A stretch of DNA of 63,082 bases, counting the filler, from Reticulomyxa filosa (taxonomy: Eukaryota > Protista > Foraminifera): NCBI GenBank assembly GCA_000512085.1. It is 17 parts of 17 records of this genome, joined end to end, with 100 filler letters (N's around TTAATTAATTAA, not from the genome) between each part and the next. Parts side by side here need not be neighbours in the genome. Positions count along the whole stretch, not along the records: positions 1 to 6,532 come from ASPP01013477.1; positions 6,633 to 12,545 come from ASPP01004668.1; 15 more parts are not named here. One strand, 5' to 3'. The notes beneath the pieces are model-generated. The model had not been told where the DNA came from and made no database searches. It worked only from the letters and a program-made list of their open reading frames with translations. How positions within the stretch are numbered: position 1 is the stretch's first letter; each line of letters begins with the position of its first letter. A program made the position numbers and the translations under genes. This document shows, piece after piece, positions 1-11,514 of the stretch.

Positions 1-40
<40 letters not shown>

Positions 41-42
<2 letters not shown>

Positions 43-1893
43 ACGGTTGTGTTTGATCAGATACCTCAGACGAGGTTCAACGCGTGTTTTCGTATTCCTC
101 AGACCTGATAGTGGAGACGGAGACAGTGAAGCAGAGCGAGGCAAATCAATCGAATGAGGTCACCATGGACACCCCTCAAGAGCTGACTAATAGTGAACAA
201 GTGGACAGTACATTTCACGTAGCGAACACTACCTTGGAGAACATGAAAAAAGTAGACGATAGCACAGCCAATGCCGACGATGTCAAGCCCTTGCACCAGG
301 GAGATATCCAAACTCAATTCCAAACTTTGGCAAAACAAAACCATCACGCGGTATACTGTGTCTATTCAATGCTTTTTTTTTTTTTTTTTTTTGTTGTTTT
401 TTTTTTTTTTAAAAGAAGAAGAAGGAGGAAGGGATATCTTTATTATGTCTGTAAGAGGTACATGTATAACATAAATAATATATAGATATATGTATATACA
501 TTTGTGTGTATGTGCACATGTTGTTGTTGTTTGTTTTTTTTTTTTTTTGTTCCCTTGCTCTTTGCTATTTACTCAATCATGATTTGAAATGCCAAAGTTT
601 TCCAGTGATGGCAGACTGATTGAAAGTAAAAAGAAAAGTAGGAAGCAAAAAAAGAGAGTAAACAGACGTACGCATGAAACGAAGGAGCAAGGAGATGCAG
701 ATTCGCCCGAGGCATGGCAAATGTCGACTTTTCAGATACTCACGCAAATGCAATTAATGGGGTCGTCGAGACTAGGCATCAAGACCAACACCAACACCAA
801 CACTAATACTAACGCTAATACCAATACCAATATCAATACCAATATCAATACCAACATTGTTCCTCTACACAATGACATCCACACACAAAAACACAGCCAG
901 AAAAGATGGGCCAAAATAGCTCAGCTATCATCGACTGCTCAAACAGTGGATGTCGGCACTAACACCAATGCTAACAGAATTACTACTACTGCTACTACAC
1001 ATGCGAGCAAGGCGCTGACGACAACGCAACAATTGCAGACCAATGACACAGACCATCGCCGAATTCAAAGCGACTTGCACAGCCAAGACTTGATGCTGAA
1101 ACCCCGTTCGCCGAAACTGTTTCAAAGTGAGCGCACATTTGAACAGGTTCCGAGCAATCCCAATTCTCCTTCTATTCCTCCGTCGCCGCCATTTCCATTG
1201 CAAAATAGAGTCAGTAATTCTGTCGATGTGGAAATCCCAGATCTGGTCAAACAGGTGAAAGAGCGCTATCGCCAAAAGTCGTCCGCCAAAAAGTCACAGC
1301 CGCAGCTGCAGCATCGTCGTGCCAGTGAGACCGCCAACGACGACAATGACAATGAAGAGAACATATCACACGATCTCGGTATCAAAACTCAATCACTCCA
1401 CGGCATGTACACAAATCAACGAAACACAAAAGGTACACTAGTCTTGACTATTGTTCAGACAATCGATGAGGATGACGAAAAAGCACATGTTCGAAGTCAG
1501 ACAGGTAATTACATATACATATATGTAAATGTATATGTATACGTATATGTATATCTATGTATTGATTTTGAGTTTTTGCCTGTTTATGTTTATCCGTTTG
1601 CTTTTTATGCTTATGTACAAATGCAAATGGTAGGGTCGTTATTTTTTGAAATCCCATCGGCTTTACTTCGACAGCAAGAAGAGCCAAAACAAAGAAAAAA
1701 TTCAGGCTTGGAAAATGTGTTGTCCAATTTGAAACAAAAAACACGCACGACAACGTCCAAAACTATATCTCCTGAAAAACCATCTTCTACAAACGGCACT
1801 GTCCTTAGGTTTACGCGCAGTACCAACGGTATCAATGCGGCTACTCAACACTCACCAGAAAGCATTCACGATACCAATATGCGACCAAAATAA
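41..1893 (+). CDS. Hypothetical low-complexity Ser/Thr/Asn/Gln-rich protein, multi-exon, 5' partial
   Basis: Coding-like open frames 84-350 and 589-1893, interrupted by T-run and (AT)n intron-like stretches (about 351-600 and 1505-1633). No recognisable domain. Confidence 0.55.
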
Positions 1894-2262
1894 GTAACTC
1901 TTGCAGTAGAAATTATTGCACAAACGAAAAATGTTTCTATTTGTTCTTTTTTTTTTCTTTTTTGTTTTTTTATTATTATTATTTCCTTCTTTTCATTTTC
2001 GAGTTTTTTGGCAGTATAAACCTCTGAAAATGGATTTATGGAGATGTACACTGCCTTGACTTGACAATTGTATTTCGATCTTTTATATTTGTTTTTAAAT
2101 TCAGTCAACATTTATTTTATCTTCCATAAGCGAGCAAATCTTGTTTTGCCCTACATTGGCACATTGCGTGTATAGTATCTGCTTCTTTTTTTTCTTGAAT
2201 TTATCGTAAAAAATTTTAATATACTTCAAACAAATTTTTATCCATTTTTAAAAAGTCAAAAG

Positions 2263-2488
2263 TGTGGAATGTCTGCTGCTGAAAAAACCTGCGCAAAATG
2301 TAATACGAAAGGTTGACTAGCTCTCATGAGCAAACTTTCAACAAAACGAAATTTGTTAAATAATGAAAAATAATGATCTAAACAAACAAGCGAACAAAAG
2401 ACTAGGAGTGAAATGGTGTGAACCAGAATAAAGGGAGTTCTGAGGTTCACTTGGATTTTTGGCAATGACCGTTACTATACCTACTACA
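2263..2488 (-). mobile_element. Apparent solo LTR (226 bp)
   Basis: TGTGG...CTACA termini with AAAG on both sides (2259-2262 and 2489-2492). Aligns by eye end to end with the reverse complement of 6936-7169. Strand is assigned from the inferred orientation of that second copy. Confidence 0.72.
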
Positions 2489-2735
2489 AAAGTGTCATCT
2501 ATTTTCATTGTACAAACGAGAACAACATAAATAAGTATTGGAAATTCAACGTATTAATGTTTATTTCTTATAAGTTGATGCATGCTTGTCTCGTTTGTTA
2601 TGAATCATGTATACAAATTTATAACAGCAAAGCGTCTGAGATTATAACATGAAATTGTTGTTACATTTTTGTCGATTTCAGATTATCATTACCATATCAA
2701 ACAAAATCTGATTATAAAGCAAAAATCTTTTCAAA

Positions 2736-2930
2736 TAAAAAGTGTGATTCATGTAAGGTGATAATGGTATATATGATTACTTCGTTTATGTAAATCAACC
2801 ATTGTATAAATATATGTTATCAATACACATTAGCTCTGACAACATTTTTTTCTAAATCAATACAATATACTTAATTTTAGAATATATATACATTTGCCTG
2901 GAAAAATTAGCACATGAATCACACTTTTTA
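2736..2930. mobile_element. MITE-like non-autonomous DNA transposon (Tc1/mariner-type, TA-flanked)
   Basis: Perfect 19-bp inverted repeat TAAAAAGTGTGATTCATGT (2736-2754) / ACATGAATCACACTTTTTA (2912-2930), including a terminal TA on each side. The interior is AT-rich and non-coding. Confidence 0.62.
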
Positions 2931-3255
2931 AAAAAGTTATCGTATTTGTAATTGCGAGAAATACATTGCAAAAGTAACTTCAAATAACATCAATTGTTGA
3001 AAAAATTATAATTATCACATATGAATCCAAAGGCATTATCTAGCAATCCTTTTCTCTGAGCAATAAAAATTTTTGTCAATGAAGAAACTTTGATCCTAAA
3101 CAAAGTGGTCCATGTAACATTCAAAGTTTCTATGATCAATACATTTAAGATTGTCAGTACTTATATTTTACGACTGATAACATTTTATTGTTTTTGCACG
3201 AAGTCTTTTTTGTTTTAAAAAAACTGTTAGTGAATCTTTTCAAAAGAGCATAGGG

Positions 3256-4052
3256 TTGATGTGGGTTGAAATCATTCTAAGCATATTCTTGTTATTTGTA
3301 TTTTGTTATTGGTTTTTCCATATTCCTACATTACTTACTACTTGCAGACATGCTGAGTTGGCATTGAAAAGAGGCAAAGTGCTGCTAGTAATTGCCCACC
3401 CTGATGATGAGTCAATGTTTTTTTCACCAATATTGTCATATTTGATGAATTTACGCGACATGAACCTAAGTGTTCTGTGTTTGTCTCAAGGCGAAACAGA
3501 AGAACTAGGGAAAATTCGGGCAAAAGAACTGGAGGAATGTTTGAAGCATGTGTATGGCTTGAACGTGCATACACATTTGAAAATTATTGACGACAAAAAG
3601 AATTTACCAGACAACATAACTATATTTTGGAAAAGTGATGTCATAATTCCGTATATTCAGTCTATGATAACAATTCATGGCGTTGACACGATCATCACAT
3701 TTGATGATATAGGAGTTTCTCAACATCCCAATCACATTTCTTTGCGATTGCGATTGATAAGATGTTGAGTAGCCAAAGTAATTTATGTGTGTTAAAACTA
3801 AAATCGCAAAAGACACTTTGGAGAAAATACACTGGTTGTTTGGAACCTTTCATTCAATATCTGCTGCATAAATATTTTTTCTGGCAGAGCGACTGTGTTG
3901 TTGTGTTTAACAATATAAAGAATGGCTGGACTGGAATGTCCCATCATCACTCACAATTTCTCTGGTTTCGAAAATTATTTGTCATATTTTCTCAATATTG
4001 TTGGATGAATACCTTTTTTGTTGAGTTCACTACTTCAGATCATGAGAAATAA
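3256..4052 (+). CDS. PIGL: N-acetylglucosaminyl-phosphatidylinositol de-N-acetylase (PIG-L/GPI12), with a 1-nt frameshift near 3745
   Basis: N-terminal TM helix, LLVIAHPDDESMFFSP, VLCLS, ITFDDIGVSQHPNH. The C-terminal WRKY...MSHHHSQFLWFRKLFVIFSQY lies in the next frame (3762-4052), with no GT-AG intron between. Confidence 0.92.
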
Positions 4053-4780
4053 TTCTATTTTTAGTTTATAACTCTTACATTCTTAAATTATTGTTTTGGT
4101 TGCACTTCTCAAAATTTCATAATTTTTTTGTGTCAAAAGTAATGCTATTTTTGCGCTGTGAACACCCGACCGCGAGAATATTTCAGTATTAATGCATACT
4201 GAGTGAAATAAGGCCGACCTGTAGGGAAAATTCTAAGAAACTTTGGAAACTCTTTTGACATAAAACCTTGTTTCTAGGGCCATACTCCACGCCTCTTCTT
4301 TTTCTATATTTTTTCTTTTAATTAAATTTCATTTATTGAAATTTCGTATTACACTTAAGCGCTTCAGTTACCAGCAAGTCACACCGCCAACACTAACCAC
4401 GTTCCAAAGAAATTCTGAGACCACTCTTTCTTGAAATTTCTTTCATTTCACCAACTAAAGTGTTTATTTTTCATTTCGTTAATACAAGGCCACTTTATCT
4501 GCTACTTACAATAAAGTGTACGTATTTTCGGACTTTTCAAAGACGGTCAACATAGTCGAAACAGCAATGTGATGCAATACATTTATATGCTTTTTTTATT
4601 AATGCAAATTTCCTGCAAAAAGATCCTATCACCAGGAAAAAAAATGACTATGATCACGAAAACAAAAACTGTTGTAAAAAAAAAGTTCCTGGAAGGAGAA
4701 AAAAATAAAAAACAAAAATAAAAAAATAAAAATAAAAATTGTTCGTATTTTCATGGTAAGCACCATTCAACCCCATTAAA

Positions 4781-5772
4781 ATGTCTTACACATTCAGTCG
4801 TTGCCTAAGTAATATATTACCTCGCGCAGCAGTAATTCGTCCAGGATCTGCAGTATTTTGTCACAAAAAAAAGGCTCAAAATGACAAAACGGATACGTTG
4901 AACGTGCACATGTGCAATCTATCAAAATTGTACTATTCTGGTGACTGTTTGTGTCTTCTGCAACCATCAGCTCTGATTGTGTCTGGACGAATACTGGAAA
5001 AACATGTGAAGCCTTTCCATGAATTGGGGAACATCATTATATTGGATGAAATGGTAGAAAATGCACAAAATGGCGGTTATGTTGTTTTTTTTTTTTCCCT
5101 CCTCCCTCTCCCATTTTGCAAGGCTCTTATTGTTGAGGTGAAAGCCAGAATAATGAAGAAGAATTTTTTTCGTGTATGTGCATTTAATGGACTAGGTCCA
5201 CTGTTTTTTTTTTTTTTTGGTTCAGAATTTCGAACATTCCTTTCCCCCCTTTTCCACCCCTCTTCTTGCATACCCAAAAAATTCCGAGAATTTCTGACCA
5301 AATTGCAAAAAGAAAGATAATTTTTTTTTTTTTTTTTGGTGGTTAAATGTATACGTATTATGAACGTATACATATGCATATGGGGATGATGAATGAAAAC
5401 ACATAGATAGATTGCCTCGTAGTTTGACGCACGTGAGTGATGGACAGAAGGGGTCAAAGCGGAGAAGGTGCAATGAAAAAGAAGAAGGAGACAAGAGCAA
5501 ACAATACCAGAGGACATTTGACAAAGAGAGTGAGGGCAGGAGAGTGATTTATTCCGGCGTGCCTGCGCTATTACTGGCAACATCGTCTTCGGTTTTATCA
5601 TTGCTTGGTGGAGATGACACTGCAGATCGTGAGGAGGTTATCTGCAATGCGGACAATTCGTGGTCACATTTGAAGCAATTATTGGACACAAGTTCTTTTT
5701 TTTTTTTTGTTTAAAAAAAATAAATAAACGAAAAGAATGAATAAATGAGCCAATGTTTGAACAAAATTTGAA

Positions 5773-5808
<36 letters not shown>

Positions 5809-6461
5809 ATGGGCAAAATGAAGTTGGTTGTAATGAGCCAAATAAGGAAGTGGCAGAACAAATGGATAAAGATCCCTCAAATGAGCCACATGTACAAATG
5901 GAAGCGGTCGAATGTTCACAATCATCAAAAAAAGTTTGTGTTATCAACGACCAGTTGGCGTCTACTTTGACGATGAAGAGCAATAGCAAAGTTGATGATA
6001 CAGCTGTGATAGAAGAGAAAGCTGCAATGCCATTGGACTTGGAGCTACAGTTGGACATGGATATGGGTATGGACTTGGACTTGACTTGTGGGGACACAAC
6101 ACTGGCGATGAAGAGCAGTGGACAAGACACTTTGGAGGAGAAGAAGAGGGGAGATGCCGTTACCGAAACGAAACAAGTGAAACAAACGCCAATGTGGGAA
6201 CAAGGAGGACAAAAAAAAGGTGATATTAACTTTGCTCCGACAGAGACAGTCGTTGCATCGGCGAAGAACAGCGCCAGCACATTGCACAAAAACTTTATTA
6301 TTGAAAAGTCGTTAGGCGTTGGAGCATTTGGAAAAGTGGTTGAGGCGACCAACATTGTGGATCGATCCAGATATGCCATGAAAATTATTCCCTTTTCATT
6401 GCATCAACAGAATCCTCATTTTTTGAACGGGATTCAAGTTTGCATCCATTTTTATTTTTTC

Positions 6462-6492
<31 letters not shown>

Positions 6493-6532
6493 ATAATTTT
6501 TTTAAATTCCCTTTTGGCACGTTCCCCCCCCC
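4781..6532 (+). CDS. Protein kinase, eIF2-alpha kinase (GCN2/PEK)-like, multi-exon, 3' truncated
   Basis: Exon about 5847-6437 ends FIIEKSLGVGAFGKVVEATNIVDRSRYAMKII (subdomains I-II with the N-x-x-D-x-x-x-YA-x-K pattern of eIF2a kinases). Upstream exons (4781-5075, about 5410-5690) are uncertain. Confidence 0.65.
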
Positions 6533-6632
6533 NNNNNNNNNNNNNNNNNNNNNNNNNNNNNNNNNNNNNNNNNNNNTTAATTAATTAANNNNNNNNNNNN
6601 NNNNNNNNNNNNNNNNNNNNNNNNNNNNNNNN
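6533..6632. other. Artificial contig-joining linker N44-TTAATTAATTAA-N44 (first of 16)
   Basis: Identical 100-nt block with stops in all six frames, also at 12546-12645, 14882-14981, 17614-17713, 20572-20671, 25386-25485, 31030-31129, 32539-32638, 40595-40694, 41819-41918, 45315-45414, 49782-49881, 55705-55804, 57578-57677, 60642-60741 and 61915-62014. Genes are cut mid-sequence at these points. Confidence 0.98.
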
Positions 6633-6935
6633 AAATAAGTAGTACCAATTGACTTTAAAAGATAGTCTATGTATCCAAATTACGAAAATTACGTCATTAA
6701 GATAAACAAAAAGAACCAGAAGTAGATATGTCACAAGAACAGTTTCCTTTAGAACAATTAATCAAGCAATCACAATATTCAAAAACATGTGACAATTCAT
6801 CAAATCAATTGGATATCAGACAATGGATTACTTCATTCAGAATCGTTGAACAAGTCAACATATCATTTAAAATCTTTAAGTATCTTTCACGAAATCGAAG
6901 CAAATAAAAAAAAGAATAAGTCAAAGAGTTTGGAA
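6633..6935 (+). pseudogene. Decayed internal region of an LTR retrotransposon (possible Ty1/copia RNase H C-terminus, then a purine-rich tract)
   Basis: Frame-broken peptides TKRTR..VD...QF.LEQLIKQ..KHVT..SNQLDI..GL resemble the copia RNase H tail (KRTKHID..YHF.RE......HV.S..QLADI.TK.L). The region abuts an LTR copy. Confidence 0.4.
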
Positions 6936-7169
6936 TGTAGTACTAACAATATCAGAAATCCAAGTGAATATCAGAACTCACTTTATTCTGGTTCACACTC
7001 ACTTAAATACTAAGTCTTTCGTTTCTTTTTAGTTTTTGCTTGTTTGTTTTTGATCATTATTTTCTCGTTATTTAACAAATTTTATTTTATTGAAAGTTTG
7101 ATCAGTAGAGTTAAAATCAACATTTCGTATACACTTTGTGCAGTTCTTTTCAGCGGCAGACATCCCACA
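6936..7169 (+). mobile_element. LTR copy (probable 3' LTR)
   Basis: TGTAG...CCACA termini, homologous to 2263-2488. No matching TSD (GGAA vs AGAT), consistent with attachment to internal sequence. Confidence 0.68.
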
Positions 7170-7989
7170 AGATCTAGATGTTGTTTTTTCGTGAAGAAAA
7201 TCGATCATCTCTATAATGCGTCGTTTTAGGTGTCAATTTTCTTCACATAATAACTGTTGTTTTTGTGCGTCTGTGCATTTGTAACTATGAATAAATACAT
7301 TCTTTTTTATCCTTCACTTGCACAGATTTTTTTAAATAAACAATATTTACTCTTCATTTCCAAATTTAAAAAAAACTATTCATTTTTTATTTCTTTTTTT
7401 TTCAAAAAACTTTCAAACTGTTGTGTCTTTTAAGACAAATTGAACTTTTTTTGTTTTTCTCATTTGTTTGTATGCATTTGCACAGTTTCAAATAAGTGAA
7501 ATTTGTTTTTGAAATATACACATTGTTTGATTATTCAAAAATTGGGAAAATATGATTTTCATTTGCATGATTCTGCTCAAATCACAATAATGATAACACT
7601 AACATAGAGATGAAATTGATCATTTGGAACAATGTTAGAAATATAATTTTTTTGCAGTAATTTATTTAATAAAATTGTATTTTGTATTTTTTTCTAAACT
7701 TGTGCAAGGAAAAAAAAAGACGGCAGCACTCCATTTGATCCAAAATAATTAAACATTTTTTGTTCCAACACAAATACAAAAAAAAAAGGCGATTTTTAAA
7801 TGTATTGGAAAGCGATTGAGTATTCAGAACGAAAGAAAATGAGTCAAATGAATTAGTTTTATTTTTATGTTCAGAACTTGAACCGTTTGCAATATTTGTA
7901 ACTTTTTTTGTCATCGAAAAGCGTTTCGAAAAACAAACAAAAATTCAAGGATGTGAGAGAGAAGACGCACATTTTTTTTGGTTAAAATT

Positions 7990-9089
7990 TTACCGAAAAT
8001 AATGATAAAAAAACTTCCAAAAATACATATTCAATAAAGCCAAAGTGCAAGGTAATTTTGCATTGGGCGAATGTTGTATGGCTGAATCATAGTATCTTTT
8101 GGCAATTTCAAAATCTTGTTTTCTGCCAATGCCATGTTGATGCATATATCCCAAGTTGTACATAGCTTGAGCATTAGGACCTCGTGTATTGGTGGCAGAC
8201 TCTTGATAGTATTTGGCAGCTTTTTCATAAGAAGCCAACTTATAATAATAATAATCGCCAATGATTCGTTGTGAGTCTGCGTTGCCTTGGTCAGCACTCC
8301 ATTGCCAATATTTGATTTGCCTGTCTTCTGAAGAAATAATATTTCGTAAGTGATCACTAATCATTTTATTTTGCAAAAGCCATCCACAGCTTGATTGTGC
8401 TATTTCAAAACCCTGCTCGCTACCGATTGAATATAAATAAAAAGCATAATCGTAATTTCCTTTCAAATAATGTCGTCGTGCTTGTTTCAACATAACTGCC
8501 GCTCTATGTGAACGCTCCACGCTGATCTTGAACAATCGAACTGCCATTTTGCACGATTTCGCAGTTGCAATTCCTTTAATATGTATGTGTGTACAAGTGT
8601 TATGTTTTCCTCAATTATGACAGTCGTGGCTATTCTATCAAAAAGTGTGAGATTGTAAAAACATATATATATATATATATATATTTAAAATACCATGCAA
8701 ATTCATAAATGCGGCATAATACAAGGCGTGAGGAATGCCTTGGCCGGAGGCACTCATAAAGTATTGGAAAGCCAGATCGGGAGACATTTTGGGGTCTGCT
8801 TCGTTGACACTTACTCCATTAAGAGCTAGCAAGCCCATATACAATTGCGCATATCCATCTCCTCTTTGGGCCCCTTTGCGAAACAGTAAATAGGCGTGAG
8901 TAATATTTTGCGACACGCCAATGCCATTCAAGTACAAAAAGCCCAGTCCAGAGTAGCTTCCAGGATGTTCTAGATCAATGCCTCGAATGTAATGATTAAT
9001 GGCCGTCGCGTAGTCTTTGTATACACTCGCATAAATGTGTCCTATTTTTAATTGCCTTTTTTTTTTTGGTTTTGTTTTCTTGTTGAACA

Positions 9090-9125
<36 letters not shown>

Positions 9126-9771
9126 TAAACACACACACATACCATTTATACATTACACATGTATATACATATATGATGTGTGTAAACACAAAACGAATCC
9201 GATTTACCTAGCATAGTCTCAGCTTCTGGGACATTTTTTCGTGCAGCTTGCGAAAAAAGTCTAAGCGCAACTTCGAAATCTTGAATGAACCCCCGCAGAC
9301 CATAGTAATACATGAGCCCCAACGCGACTTGAGTGTCGATGTCGCCGTTGTCAGCACGACTGTGATGGAAACGTATGACGTCTTCCTTTTCCTCCATGGC
9401 AACGTCTCTGCGGGCATCGTCGATCAGCGAAATCAGCTCCAACATCCTTGTCGGCGATTGCGAGTCGATTTGCACATCGGACAGCGCGCTGAACGCAGCT
9501 CTCTCGTAATACCTCGCCGCTGTTTCGCACGACTTGGGCACGTGATATCCATACAAATGTCGAAATCCTAATGCCATTGTCGCTCGAAATGCACCGTGTT
9601 GCAAGCGAGATGATGACTGCAAGGATTCCATTTTTGCATTGTCATTGTCGTTGTGATTGGTATTGGTATTGGCATTTGCGTTGGCCGACTTGGAGGAAGA
9701 CAAAGAAGCAAGTTTGAGAAGCTCTTCTTTACTGCTAGAGGATGATGAAGATGACGAAGAAGAAGAAGAAG

Positions 9772-9802
<31 letters not shown>

Positions 9803-10637
9803 AAAGAAGGAGGAAGGGAAGGATGAAGAGGATTGCGATTTGGATTGCTCTCCAGCAGCTGCAAAGTAATAATACAAAATACTTTTTCTATCTTGCCCGA
9901 TCAAAGAGTACAAATGTCCCAATTCAAAATACAAGTCTCGATTCATATGCGGATTGGTCAACAGACACATTTTGTAATAGTGAACGGCCAAGGTGACATT
10001 GCCCGTGAGGATCAGCTGTTGGGCGACATCGCGTAGAACGGCACATGTGCGTTGTGGATGGGGTTGGAACTGGGGACGAGTGGCAGCAGTAGCAGAGGAA
10101 TAAAATGGATTTGAGGACGACGTGTCTTCATCAATGTCTTTGTCCGCCAAATATTTCTCAAAGCGTTGATACATGGCTTTGGCAAAGGCCAATTGAGAAG
10201 GATCGTTATCGAGTGGGTCGATATCCACATCGGGGCTGGAAGGCGGGACAATGTGACACACCTGACAGGTCTTTCGACATTGGTTGGCAAAGGTGGCGCT
10301 CTGACATTGGTTCAGCGTCCACGCTTTGATGACACACTTGTGTGGATGGACGTCTTCACAAGGCATTCGAGGACGAATCCACATTTGTGGGATCAACTCA
10401 TGACGACTCTGTTGGGCGTCCTCAAATGCAATGGTGTATACAAACAGCTGATTGTTATTATTGCTCTCCGAGTCGGTGATGACAATGGTCGAGATATTCA
10501 TCACCACGCCTGGCCACCACACCATCGCCATTGGCGTTTGATCCAAATAGTCTGGTGGCCAATACGAGTCCACTTTCTCCCCAATCGCAAATTTGGGTGA
10601 GCTGCTCAAGCTTTTCAATACTTGTGTCTGCTTATTA

Positions 10638-10680
<43 letters not shown>

Positions 10681-11514
10681 GCTTAGCATTTGTATTGCCA
10701 TCTATTGTTGACATCGTCTCTTGGGATAACCTCTCCGAGGGGGACTTTGTGATTCAGTCGGATATATTGATACCATTCCAGTATCCCAATCCACAGTTAT
10801 CCAGTTCGCGCTCGACTTCACTACTGTCCCTTCTTCCATTGTTTTCGATTCCGTATTGGATACACGGTCTCCTGGTCTATATTGTGGCCTTTCCATGTCC
10901 ACCACATTCAATGTCGTTGTCTTTTCGTCCAGTTTGCTTATCTGCCCTGATATGGTGATCAACGACCACACACCCGACCCGTTGACTTGTGCGTTTTGCC
11001 TTGTCAGCAATGTTGTTGCCACTGTTGCTGACGAGTTGCGGATTTCCGTCTCGCTGCTCTTTAGACCAATGACGTGTTCGTTGCTTCTCGTCAACAAATG
11101 CCATTGCAAAGGAAAGCCGGCCTTTTCCTCTACACGTACGCTTTCGCTTCTATCGCCTGCATTCGAATATGCCAATGCAAATTGATGGCTTTGTTTGTTA
11201 TAGAAAAGCAGGTGTCCTGTTGAGGTCTCTTCCAATGCATATGCTTTATTTTGTTGTTGTTGTTGTTGTTGCTGCGCAGAAAACGTAAATGTCATTATTT
11301 CTTGACATAGGATGTGGTTGTAAGTGTAAGATAATCCCATGACTGAATGCTGGTCACGCCAACACAGCGATATTGGACGATTCTGTTCGTCCATTATTTG
11401 TAAATAGCCTATCCATGGTTTTATGTCTGAATTCTCATCCAACGACTGTCCAAACACTTGCGAACAACTTTGGAAATATGCAAATAATAAAAAATTCAAA
11501 ACAATTAAAAACAT
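7990..11514 (-). CDS. SEL1L: SEL1L/Hrd3 ERAD adaptor (Sel1 repeats) with signal peptide and extra Tudor-like and ShKT domains; two introns, frameshift at 10739-10743
   Basis: MALGFRHLYGYHVPKSCETAARYY, EDVIRFHHSRADNGDIDTQVALG and AQAMYNLGYMHQHGIGRKQDFEIAKRYYDSAIQHSPNAKLPCTLAL match SEL1L blocks. Hydrophobic N-terminus MFLIVLNFLLFAYF. Confidence 0.88.

Noticed and set aside
1-40. Leading poly(A) as a retrocopy tail or telomere
   Set aside because: Equivalent A and T runs occur in many introns and at many contig edges in this window.
4171-4201. Hairpin TCAGTAT-TAATGC-ATACTGA in a moderately GC-rich intergenic stretch as a tRNA or ncRNA
   Set aside because: No cloverleaf, A/B boxes or second copy. 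A 7-bp stem is expected by chance.
6577-6588. Recurrent TTAATTAATTAA as a biological repeat, CRISPR-like repeat or piggyBac site
   Set aside because: It is always centred in exactly 44+44 N, so it is a six-frame-stop concatenation linker.
9657-10958. Antisense ORFs with poly-Leu, poly-Met, poly-Asp or poly-Tyr (also 19684-19989, 33822-34250, 39083-39727)
   Set aside because: They are shadows of triplet repeats and codon bias in real genes on the opposite strand.
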